This document shows positions 9,180 through 18,459 of a DNA stretch of 64,000 nt, in pieces (the stretch's first letter is position 1; each line of letters begins with the position of its first letter). Below the pieces are notes generated by a model that had not been told where the DNA came from, made no database searches, and was given only the letters and a program-made list of their open reading frames with translations. Source of the stretch: an uncultured virus (IMG/VR IMGVR_UViG_3300042975_000104). Taxonomy: Duplodnaviria; Heunggongvirae; Uroviricota; Caudoviricetes. The position numbers and the translations under genes were made by a program. The stretch is taken from IMG/VR virus record IMGVR_UViG_3300042975_000104. One strand, written 5' to 3'.

Positions 9180-10429
9180 GGGTTTTTCCCCTCGCTTTCG
9201 GTATAAAATTTCCCTGCCTTGTCCAGCGGCAGCATATTGCCGTTGACCAGATACGTATCGCCGCCCTGTTCGGCAGGGATGCAGTTCATATCCTCAAGCT
9301 CCCGGATGTCGTTGGCGGAGAGCCAGCCGTTCTGCCTGCCGATGGCATACCCGTTCATGCGGCTCTGATAGTCGCCGCGCAGCAGACCGTCCACATTAAA
9401 CTTTGTAAAGACCTGCGAGCGCTCCGACGGCAGTACCAACTGCTGGTTCATGGCCTGTTCCCAGCGGACGCACCAGGGATTCAAGGTGTATTTGACAAAT
9501 TCCAGCGACTGCTGCTCGATATTGGAGAAGGTGGACTTTTCCAGATCTCCGACCATATGCGGCGGCACCCGGAAAATACGGGCGATCTCGTCGATCTGGA
9601 ACTTCCGCGTCTCAAGGAACTGCGCCTGATCCGGCGGAATGGATAGCTGCTGAAAGGTCATGCCTTCCTCCAACACGGCCACATTGTGCCGGTTCGTGCC
9701 GGAAAATTGGGCATGCCAGCTTTCCCGCAGCTTGACCGGATCCTTCACGATACCGGGATGCTCTAAAATGCCACCCGGTGTAGCACCGTTGGCGAAGAAT
9801 AACGCGCCGTACTGCTCGGCTGCCAGCGACATGCCAATGGCGTTCTTGGCCATGGCAATCGGACTGTAACCGATCAGTCCGTCAAACCCCAGTCCCGGAA
9901 CATGCAGCACCTCATCCTGCGACAAGACAATCTGCTGGCAGCGGTTATCCGCACCGAACTCGTCCGAATCCTTGGAGTAGGTGTAGATAAGCTGACCGTT
10001 TGCGGCACGGCTGACATCCATCTTGCTGGGCAGCAGCGGGTACAGTGCAATCGGCTGCCCGGTGCCGTTCCGGATAACCTGTGCATACGCATTGCCCCAT
10101 AACAGCAGATGACTCATGAGCGTTTCCCGGAAGATGAAGCTCGTCATTTCCGGATTGGGAGCATCATGAAGAAGTGCGTACAACGGATGGTTGATGGCTT
10201 TCTCCTTGCCGCCATCCGGTGTATAGCGGTACATATTAAGCGGCAGTCCGGCAATGGCCTCGGACAGCACCCGGACGCAGGCATAAACTGCTGTTGTCTG
10301 CATGGCGGTCCGTTCGGTCACTACATTTCCGGAGGAGGTCGGGCCGAACAGGAACGTAAAGGCCGTAGACAGGTAGTTTTTCGGCTTGTCGCGTGACTTT
10401 TTGCCCCATATACGTTGGAATATACTCAT
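9176..10429 (-). CDS. Portal protein, HK97 family
   Basis: AVYACVRVLSE, LLLWGNAYA, QFLETRKFQ, IARIFRVPP, FSNIEQQ. Confidence 0.96.
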   Translation of the reverse strand: MSIFQRIWGKKSRDKPKNYLSTAFTFLFGPTSSGNVVTERTAMQTTAVYACVRVLSEAIAGLPLNMYRYTPDGGKEKAINHPLYALLHDAPNPEMTSFIFRETLMSHLLLWGNAYAQVIRNGTGQPIALYPLLPSKMDVSRAANGQLIYTYSKDSDEFGADNRCQQIVLSQDEVLHVPGLGFDGLIGYSPIAMAKNAIGMSLAAEQYGALFFANGATPGGILEHPGIVKDPVKLRESWHAQFSGTNRHNVAVLEEGMTFQQLSIPPDQAQFLETRKFQIDEIARIFRVPPHMVGDLEKSTFSNIEQQSLEFVKYTLNPWCVRWEQAMNQQLVLPSERSQVFTKFNVDGLLRGDYQSRMNGYAIGRQNGWLSANDIRELEDMNCIPAEQGGDTYLVNGNMLPLDKAGKFYTESEGKNP

Positions 10430-12029
10430 AGAATCAATAACCCCCTTTGGTCATATACACTTTCGCTGTTGTCGTTGCCGCAGCGGATGGCACGGTCGAG
10501 TGCCATGACCTGTAGCCACGACACCGTCGATCTTTTCGGTGGATTTCTCCTTGTCCGGCTTGATATTGCCCGCCGGATCGGATTTGATGAAGATATTGTC
10601 CATCATCCAGCGCAGCACCGGATGGCCGCCGTGGGCGATCTTTTTTTCCAGCGTCAGCTTCATCAGTTCCTTGGTGGGAGGACTCATATCTTTGAACCCC
10701 TGTCCGAACGGGACGACGGTAAATCCCATTCCCTCGAGATTTTGTACCATCTGCACCGCACCCCAGCGGTCGAAAGCGATCTCGCGGATGTTGTACTGTT
10801 CGCCCATGGTTTCGATGAACTTTTCGATGTAGCCGTAATGGACGACGTTTCCTTCCGTCGTGTGCAGGAATCCCTGTTTTTGCCATACATCATAAGGAAC
10901 ATGATCCCGCCGGACGCGCAATGATACGTTTTCCTCCGGTATCCAGAAGTAGGGAAGCACGACATAGTTGTCTGCTTCATCCTGCGGCGGAAACACCAGC
11001 ACAAAAGCTGTAATATCCGTTGTGGAGGATAAGTCCAGTCCGCCGTAGCAGACGCGTCCTTTTAATTCGTCCGGCTGTACGGGGAAGGCACAGGCATCCC
11101 ACTTGTCCATCGGCATCCAGCGGATTGCCTGCTTGACCCATTGGTTCAGGCGCAATTGTCTAAATGCATTCTCCTCGGCGGGGTTCTGTCTGGCGGATTC
11201 ACAGGCCGCCTCGACCTTGTCCATGCCGACCGTAATGCCGAGCGAGGGATTGGCCTTTCTTCCACACTTTGACATCCGTCCAGTCGTCGGTATCCTTGGC
11301 CCCGTATATCACCGGATAGAAGGTGGCATCAATCTTCCGGCCTGCGATAATATCCAGCGCCTTCTGGTGGGTTTCATAGCAGATGGAATGGGTGTCCGTC
11401 CCGGCTGTCGTAATAAGAAATACAACGGCTGCGTCCGGGCATCACCGGAGCCTTTGGTCATGACATCAAACAACTTCCGGTTCGGCTGCGTGTGCAGCTC
11501 GTCGAAGATCACGCCGCTTACGTTAAAACCATGCTTGCTATAGGCATCGGCGGATAAGCACCTGGTAAAAGCTGTGCGTGGGAAGGTAGATGATCCGCTT
11601 CTGCGAGGCCAGGAGCTTCACCCGCTTGGATAAGGCCGGACACATCCGCACCATATCCGCCGCCACTTCAAAGACAATGGATGCCTGCTGGCGGTCGGCG
11701 GCACAGCCATACACCTCGGCCCGTTGTTCTCCGTCGCCGCAGCACAAGAGCAAGGCTACCGCTGCCGCCAGTTCTGACTTGCCCTGCTTCTTGGGAATTT
11801 CGATGTAGGCGGTATTGAACTGCCGGTAGCCGTTCGGCTTCAAGATGCCGAACACATCGCGGATGATCTGCTCCTGCCAGTCGATCAGCTCAAACGGCTT
11901 TCCGGCCCAGGTTCCCTTGGTATGGCAGAGGCATTCGATAAAGGACACGGCATAGTCCGCCATGGTTTTGTTGTATTTGGAATCCTTGGCCTTGAATTTC
12001 GTGGAACGATAGCGTTTCAACTTTCGCAA
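10426..12029 (-). CDS. terL: Terminase large subunit, split by about four single-base indels
   Basis: Walker A IPKKQGKSEL, Walker B IFDELH, GGLDLSSTTD, EKIDGVVA across three ORF fragments. Confidence 0.92.
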
Positions 12030-12121
12030 ACAGCGTCACCTCCTTTACGGCAACAAAAAAGACCGCCAAAGTGGGCAGTCTTGGTATAGCTATAATATTG
12101 TGTGATTATTTCTTCCTGATT

Positions 12122-12823
12122 TTATTCGGATATCTCATCATTATGTTCCTTTCTGCCGTTTTTAAAGGCCGAGGAACCGGAAAGGTGCTGCAGGAGCAGC
12201 TTCCGTTCGTTCTTGTATTCCTTTCCGATAAAGCCAAGCCGGAGCAGAAAGCAGCGGAAGTCATATTTTTCGTTGATTGATACTCGTTCTGTTGCCAGCA
12301 CCCGTTTTTGCTTTTTAGCCAGATGGCAGAGTGCCGTAATGAAATGGGTGCAGGTTTTTACCATATCGGCATCCGGACAGCCGGTAAACCAGGGAAATAA
12401 AATTTTATCCTCTGTTACCTGTATGCGCAGCACATCGATTTGAAAAACTTTTAACATAATGCTGCTCTTGGCCTGAATCAGTTTCTTGAGATTTTCCAGT
12501 GCCGTATCGGTGAAGAAGGAACGCGGCATGGCAAGCACCAAGTCGTCTATGTTCTCCTGCTTAGACGCCGAATCGTCAGGTTTTTCCCCTGTTGGTTCGG
12601 CTGGATCGGCATGGAATCCCATGTTATCGAGTCTCTCGAGCAAATCCTTAATTTCTGTACTGTCATCAAAATTAAGATTGCCGTCGCGGTCGACCGTAAA
12701 GCAGTCAATCTTGTAGGCGTAGCTGGGAATCCCCTGATACACTTTGGCGGCTCCGGTAATGGTGCTGATGGCATCAGCCAGTTCCTTACGGTTTTTTCCT
12801 TGTGCATGGTACAGTATTTTCAT
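12122..12823 (-). CDS. Conserved phage protein (type often auto-annotated 'virulence-related'; function unknown)
   Basis: NEKYDFRCFLLRLGFIGKEYKNERKLLLQHLSGSSAFK C-terminus typical of this prophage family. Confidence 0.65.
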   Translation of the reverse strand: MKILYHAQGKNRKELADAISTITGAAKVYQGIPSYAYKIDCFTVDRDGNLNFDDSTEIKDLLERLDNMGFHADPAEPTGEKPDDSASKQENIDDLVLAMPRSFFTDTALENLKKLIQAKSSIMLKVFQIDVLRIQVTEDKILFPWFTGCPDADMVKTCTHFITALCHLAKKQKRVLATERVSINEKYDFRCFLLRLGFIGKEYKNERKLLLQHLSGSSAFKNGRKEHNDEISE

Positions 12824-12912
12824 GGTAGTAAACCCCTTTCGTTTTTTGTCATGTACATATATCACTCTACCCGGCAATTATAGCAAGAGGTTTGCACCAT
12901 AAATTACACGTA

Positions 12913-13206
12913 TTATTCTTGTACTGCCAACATTTTGCCGAGCAGTTTTCCGGTCAGCCACAGTCCGCCGTCAATCAGTGTCGGCAGAAAACATTGATCG
13001 CGGAATTTGTTCCAGCCGGTTTCCTTACCGGCAGATTCCTGCAACGCAGCGGTATACGCATCCGCTACTTCTTTGGCTGCCGGAAGCACCGTCGTATTCA
13101 GCCAGGAAATAGTGGCGTTCTTGGCATCCTCCTGCACCGAGTCCAGAATGTGTTCCTTGAGTTCATTTTTAATCGTTTCGATATCCATATTAGTATCTCC
13201 CTTCAA
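12913..13206 (-). CDS. Small helical hypothetical protein downstream of amidase
   Basis: Coupled to the amidase; resembles 50741-51013. Confidence 0.65.
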   Translation of the reverse strand: MKGDTNMDIETIKNELKEHILDSVQEDAKNATISWLNTTVLPAAKEVADAYTAALQESAGKETGWNKFRDQCFLPTLIDGGLWLTGKLLGKMLAVQE

Positions 13207-13738
13207 AATCTGTTATGCCGCGGGCAATGGCCCGGGCGAAATCATCCGCGTTATTCGTGAGCAGCGCGGCATCATCCTCGTTATCAATAAAAGCTGTTTC
13301 CACCAGAACGGCTGGCATCGTAGTATCCTTCAGCACGATCAGGTTGGGCCGTTCCTTCAAGCCGCAGTCCACCGTACCAAGGCTCTGCACAATCTGCGAC
13401 TGGATGCAGGCGGCAAGCTGCGGAGACGAACCGCTGTCGTTGGCATAGATAAGCGTTTCTGTACCACGGGCACAGCCGCTGTCGGCATTGCAGTGTAGAC
13501 TGACGAATACATCGGCGGGCCAGGCATTTGCCGTATCCACCACGCAGGGCAGCTCCGGTGTTTCCCCGGCCAGGTTATCGCTTTGCAAGAGCTGCACCTC
13601 GCAGCCTGCCTTCTCCAAGTACCCTTTCACTAATTCCCCAATCGTTGCAGCCACATCACATTCCCGCAGTCCGGTATTGGGATTCACCGCACCGCTGTCC
13701 CGTTCCCGGTCATGCCCGGGGTTGATAAATACACGCAT
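13190..13738 (-). CDS. N-acetylmuramoyl-L-alanine amidase (Amidase_3), catalytic domain only
   Basis: INPGH, E, FVSLHCNA, MPAVLVETAFIDN zinc-amidase motifs. Confidence 0.93.
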   Translation of the reverse strand: MRVFINPGHDRERDSGAVNPNTGLRECDVAATIGELVKGYLEKAGCEVQLLQSDNLAGETPELPCVVDTANAWPADVFVSLHCNADSGCARGTETLIYANDSGSSPQLAACIQSQIVQSLGTVDCGLKERPNLIVLKDTTMPAVLVETAFIDNEDDAALLTNNADDFARAIARGITDFEGRY

Positions 13739-14968
13739 TATGTTGCCTCCACTTCAGTATAGGTATACGTTTTTCCATTTCGTGTCACGCTTACCTGCTC
13801 GCTCGAGCCGACCTGCTCGATATATCGCTTCACGATCACATCACAGAACTTTTCATCCAGCTCCACCATGTAGCAGCGTCGCTTCGTCTGCTCACAGGCC
13901 AGCAGCGTCGAGCCGCTGCCGCCGAATGGATCCAGCACGGTGCAGCCGGTCATGCTGGAATTTAAAATGGGGTAGGCCAGAAGCGGTATCGGCTTCATGG
14001 TGGGATGGTCCGTATTCTTTTTTGGCTTATCAAACTCCCAAATAGTGGATTCCTTTCGCCCAGTATACCATTCGTGCTTTCCTTTCTTTTTCCAACCGTA
14101 AAGCACCGGCTCATGCTGCCATTGGTAGGGCGAGCGTCCCAGCACCAGCGACTGCTTCTTCCAGATGCAGCAGCCGGACAAATAAAAACCGGCATCCGAG
14201 AAGGCTTTCCTGAAGTTAAGTCCTTCGGTGTCGGCGTGGAATACATAGATGCTAGGCATCGTCTGCCATAACGGTGTGCATACAGGTGAACGCATCATAT
14301 AAGAATTGGTAGAATTTGTCGTCCTTCAGATGGTCGTTCTTGATTTTTCCCGCACGGCCTTCGTAGTTGACGTTGTACGGCGGATCGGTGACCACCAGAT
14401 TGACCGGTGTTCCCTGCAATAGTTGTTGGTATGTTTCCGGCTGGGTGCTGTCGCCGCAGAACAATCGGTGTGTTCCCAACTGCCACACATCACCAGCCTT
14501 GGAAAACACCGGCTTGTTAAGCTCGGCATCCACATCAAAGTCATCCTCATGTACCCCATCCTTCATATTGGCCTTGAACAGGTCATCCAGTTCTGCTGGA
14601 TCAAAGCCGGTAAGCGATACATCAAAGTCGCTGCCCTGCAGATCGGTAATGAGCAGCGCTAATTTATTCGTATCCCAGTCGCCGCTGATTTTATTGAGGG
14701 CAACGTTTAAGGCTTTCTCCTTTTCGGTGTCCATGTCGATGACAACGCAGTCGATTTCCGAGATGCCTTCCTGCTGGAGCACCTTCAAACGCTGATGCCC
14801 GCCGACCACGTTGCCGGTGCGCTTGTTCCAAATAACCGGATCGATGTAGCCGAACTCGTCCAGCGAGCGTTTCAGCTTTTCGTATTCCGGATCGCCCGGC
14901 TGCAAATTCTTTCTCGGATTATAAGCTGCCGGGATGAGGTCTTGTATATTCTTTTTAATCAGTTCCAT
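13738..14968 (-). CDS. ParB-like domain + N6/N4 DNA methyltransferase (one extra base near 14254)
   Basis: YNPRK...VGGHQR ParB domain, TDPPYNV, HPTMKP, LDPFGGSGST. Confidence 0.92.
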
Positions 14969-14970
14969 GG

Positions 14971-15538
14971 TTATTTTCCTTTCCGTGCCTGCAACAGGTG
15001 TTCCATCATCGTATCCTGCGGACTTCCCACAAACGCTGTGGTGCAGTTCTGCTTGACGATATCGAAAATCTCGTACCAGAGCAGGTTCGCCTGTTTTTGG
15101 AATGACTGGCTCATTTGCACGAACGGACTGGTAATGGCACCACCGGTCGTAGGGTGCTTTCCAAGAAGTCCATAGGTGCTGATGGCTTCCTCGCACTGGA
15201 TATATCGGGCAAATGCCTGGGCATAGGCTTCCAGCAGCCGGGGATTGACGAGCCGTTCGCAGCCGCGATCCTTCAGCCATCGCCAGGTCTGGCGGAACAG
15301 ATCATCCGCACCGAGCGGCTTGCCGTCCCGCTGCCGGGCAGACAAATAGTCGCTGGGATTCGGCATGTCCTCGCCGGTGAGATCTGCGGCATCGTTTAAC
15401 TCTGCCCCTTCTAAGGCAGGTGTCGGCAGATCGATAATGGTGGCTGCTTTTCCCTTTGGCAATCTTATCGGCCAGCGCCTCCGGCTTGTCCCCGGCGCGG
15501 ATCCGTCTGCCGCCGCGATTGGTTCCGTCCTTGGCCAT
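14971..15538 (-). CDS. terS: Terminase small subunit, P27 family (one extra A near 15450)
   Basis: MAKDGTNRGG N-terminus, HPTTGGAITSPFV; position after HNH gene. Confidence 0.82.
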
Positions 15539-15667
15539 GGCTGTTCAACTCCTTTCCCATGCGGTAAATCCCCCGTTTGAACCGTAATTTTTGTGCGTGT
15601 GACCCCAGCACCGGTCTAGCATTTCGGCGCGCCAGAGATTTGGACCGCCCCTCCCGGCGGAGTGTAG

Positions 15668-16048
15668 TCATTCGTAGTGGTATTCCTTTTTGGCATGATG
15701 CCAGCGGTCGTCCATCTTGGCGGTTATCTTCGAGTGGCACGGCTTGCATAATGCCATAAGGTTATCCTCGTCATGGGTGCCGCCGCGGGATAGGGGACGG
15801 ATATGGTGTACCTCCGTTGCCGGTATGGTCTTGTGGTTCTTCAGACACATCTCACACAGGGGATGCCTTCCGATGTACCGGTCCCGGATGCGTTTCCACG
15901 CTCTGCCGTATCGTTTCTTGACAACAGGGTTGCGCTCGTACGTGTCATAACGTTTGTCCATTAATTTTTGATGCTGCTCGCAGTACCGATTCACGGTCAG
16001 CTCTTTGCAGCCGGGGTAGGCGCACGGTTTCTTTGGTTTCCAAGGCAA
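15668..16048 (-). CDS. Packaging-associated HNH endonuclease
   Basis: PLCEMC...EVHHIRPLSRGGTHDEDNLMALCKPCH; upstream of terS. Confidence 0.93.
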   Translation of the reverse strand: MPWKPKKPCAYPGCKELTVNRYCEQHQKLMDKRYDTYERNPVVKKRYGRAWKRIRDRYIGRHPLCEMCLKNHKTIPATEVHHIRPLSRGGTHDEDNLMALCKPCHSKITAKMDDRWHHAKKEYHYE

Positions 16049-16169
16049 AGCACTCATCTCCAGACATAGCAAAAGCCTCCAAAGGATTGCTCCCTCGAAG
16101 GCTTCTCTCATACTTTCATGCTATTAGTATAACACGTCAAATGAATAAATGCGTCCGCGATTTTGGACA

Positions 16170-16628
16170 TCATGTCTTTCCAAACAAAAGAATGGCAAAC
16201 TTAGCCAATGCACGATTCTTCCTCTTATAGGCGGATGATCGCTCGATGTGGAAATGATCAGCTATGGCATAGACGGCGCTCGTCTGTGCATCCTCGTCAG
16301 CATAGAAGGTTTCCAGTACATACTGCTCATCGCTACTTAGCTTCTCCCATGCAGGACGGAACCACGTCATGTATTCCACAGCCTGCCGATAACGTTCCTT
16401 CAGGATGTCGATGTCTGCCATGCCGGAGATGATATGATCTTCTGCGACATGCGGATTGCAGGAGTGCGGCATCCCATCGGAGCCGGACGGATGCAGGCTG
16501 GTCATGGCAGCATATGCCTGCTTGATATCCTCGCTGGTGTTGTCGATGATGAACGTCATGCTGTCGTAATCCCTGATGGCATCAATGGCACCGCTTCGTT
16601 TGTTCAGGTACTTCCAGATAACACTCAT
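16170..16628 (-). CDS. Phage late transcriptional regulator-like protein (C-terminal HTH)
   Basis: Position between helicase and packaging genes; IADHFHIERSSAYKRKNRAL. Confidence 0.6.
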   Translation of the reverse strand: MSVIWKYLNKRSGAIDAIRDYDSMTFIIDNTSEDIKQAYAAMTSLHPSGSDGMPHSCNPHVAEDHIISGMADIDILKERYRQAVEYMTWFRPAWEKLSSDEQYVLETFYADEDAQTSAVYAIADHFHIERSSAYKRKNRALAKFAILLFGKT

Positions 16629-17983
16629 AGGCTGCCTCCTCGCAAGCTGGCCCGGACTGCATCAATCAGTGCAGCCTGGGTCTTGTTTTTTTCTTTCAGG
16701 GCCTTCAGGATGCGTCCGTCGATGGTCCCTTTCGTGATGATATGCTGAATGACCACGGTTCTAGATGTCTGTCCCTGTCGCCAGAGTCTGGCATTCGTCT
16801 GCTGGTACAACTCCAGACTCCATGTCAATCCGAACCAGACAAGCGTGGAGCCGCCCTGCTGCAGGTTCAGTCCCATGACCGGCGGATGCCGGATGAATAA
16901 CCTGCAACTGGGAATCGCACCGGCGTTCCAGTCCGCTATATCCTGCGAGGTATTGATTGCCCTCACGGTAAACCGCTGCCGGATCCGTACTAAATCGTGC
17001 TTAAACCAATAGGCCACCAGAACCGGCTTGCCGTTGGCGCTTTCGATGATATCTTCCAATGCATCCAGCTTCCGGTCATGAATAGGAAGCACCGTCCCGT
17101 CATCAGAATAGATCGCACCGTTTGCCATCTGGGAAAGCTTCATCGTGAGGGATGCCGCATTGGCGGCTGTGACATCACCGTCCGGCAGCTGCAGTACCAG
17201 ATCCTTCTTCAGTTCTTCATACCGTTTACGTTCCGCATCAGATAATTGCACTTCATACTGGCTGCTGATGAGTTCCGGCATAAGCAGGTGGTCCGTGGAT
17301 TTCATGGAAATAGAAATGTCCGATATTTTCCGGTATATTTGGTCCTCGGCTCCCGGCAGTGGTCTGTAGCTGAAAACGACCTGCCCATTCCGCTTGTCCG
17401 GTGTAAAGTAAGTGCTGCGGTACTGTCCGATGAATCTGCCAAGCCGCTTCCCCATATCCAGCAACTTGAACTCGGCAAATAAATCCATCAAACCGTTTGA
17501 AGAAGGGGTCCCTGTCAGACCCACCATTCTTTTTACCTTCGGTCTTGCTTTCATCAGTGCTTTGAACCGCTTGGACTGGTAATTCTTGAATGATGAAAGT
17601 TCATCCACAACCACCATGTCAAAATCAAAGGGGATCCCGCTTTTCTCAATCAGCCACTGCACATTCTCACGGTTGATGACATAAATATCCGCCTGTGCTT
17701 TCAGTGCCGACAGTCGTTCTGCTTCTGTACCCACTGCCACGGTATATTGCAATCGATGCAGATGATCCCAATGCTGCATTTCATTTGCCCATACGGCTCC
17801 CACACGCAACGGGCATATCACTAAAACGCGATGAACGTCAAAGCTATCAAACAAAAGATTTTGGATCGCCGTCAGCGCGATGCTTGTTTTGCCAAGACCC
17901 ATATCCAACAGGACTGCCGCCGTGGGATGGCTTTCGATATAAGAAATGGCATATTGTTGGTACTCATGAGGCTTGTATTGCAT
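16625..17983 (-). CDS. SNF2-family helicase
   Basis: LDMGLGKT, VVDELS, LTGTP, QTNARLWRQGQ. Confidence 0.93.
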   Translation of the reverse strand: MQYKPHEYQQYAISYIESHPTAAVLLDMGLGKTSIALTAIQNLLFDSFDVHRVLVICPLRVGAVWANEMQHWDHLHRLQYTVAVGTEAERLSALKAQADIYVINRENVQWLIEKSGIPFDFDMVVVDELSSFKNYQSKRFKALMKARPKVKRMVGLTGTPSSNGLMDLFAEFKLLDMGKRLGRFIGQYRSTYFTPDKRNGQVVFSYRPLPGAEDQIYRKISDISISMKSTDHLLMPELISSQYEVQLSDAERKRYEELKKDLVLQLPDGDVTAANAASLTMKLSQMANGAIYSDDGTVLPIHDRKLDALEDIIESANGKPVLVAYWFKHDLVRIRQRFTVRAINTSQDIADWNAGAIPSCRLFIRHPPVMGLNLQQGGSTLVWFGLTWSLELYQQTNARLWRQGQTSRTVVIQHIITKGTIDGRILKALKEKNKTQAALIDAVRASLRGGSL

Positions 17984-18245
17984 CCAGCATCCCTCCAATC
18001 TGATCTGCGCTGTCAATAACATAAACACGAAATCCCAACTCCCGCAGCATACGATGCCTTGCCAGCTGAAGAGGACGTGACTTCTTTCCCGGTGCTTTTA
18101 CTTCTACAAAGGCTATCCTGCCGCCCGGCAATAATACTAACCGGTCCGGCATTCCATCAAAGCCGGAACTAACAAACTTCAGTGCCATACCGCCTGCCTT
18201 TTTTACGGCTGTCGCAAGTTTCTGCTCGATTACTTTTTCCCGCAT
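17964..18245 (-). CDS. VRR-NUC domain nuclease
   Basis: GMPDRLVL...FVEVKAPG...LQ; start MREKVIE with GGAG RBS. Confidence 0.92.
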   Translation of the reverse strand: MREKVIEQKLATAVKKAGGMALKFVSSGFDGMPDRLVLLPGGRIAFVEVKAPGKKSRPLQLARHRMLRELGFRVYVIDSADQIGGMLDAIQAS

Positions 18246-18297
18246 TTCACATACTCCTTCCCACCTTTCTCCCATGTCATCATTGAAAGTCTTCCTA

Positions 18298-18459
18298 TTT
18301 TTGTCCTTTTTGTCACACTGTCCTATAGCGTGTACGAATGAAAATATAAATATAAATATAAGTAAAAATATGTATCTATATGTATCTGTTACTATAAGGA
18401 CATATATACCCATATATTTACATATGGTATAGGGACAGAAAGGACAAAAAGGACAAAAG
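18298..18459. other. Candidate replication origin: inverted iteron arrays around an AT-rich core
   Basis: Three TGTC(C/A) units at 9-bp spacing on the left, three GGACA units on the right, very AT-rich centre, directly downstream of primase. Confidence 0.65.

Noticed and set aside
10426..12029. Programmed frameshifting in terL, terS or the methylase
   Set aside because: Multiple scattered indels of both signs without slippery-site context; error or decay is simpler
12122..12823. Virulence factor
   Set aside because: Nothing in the sequence supports a virulence role; it is a common prophage gene of unknown function
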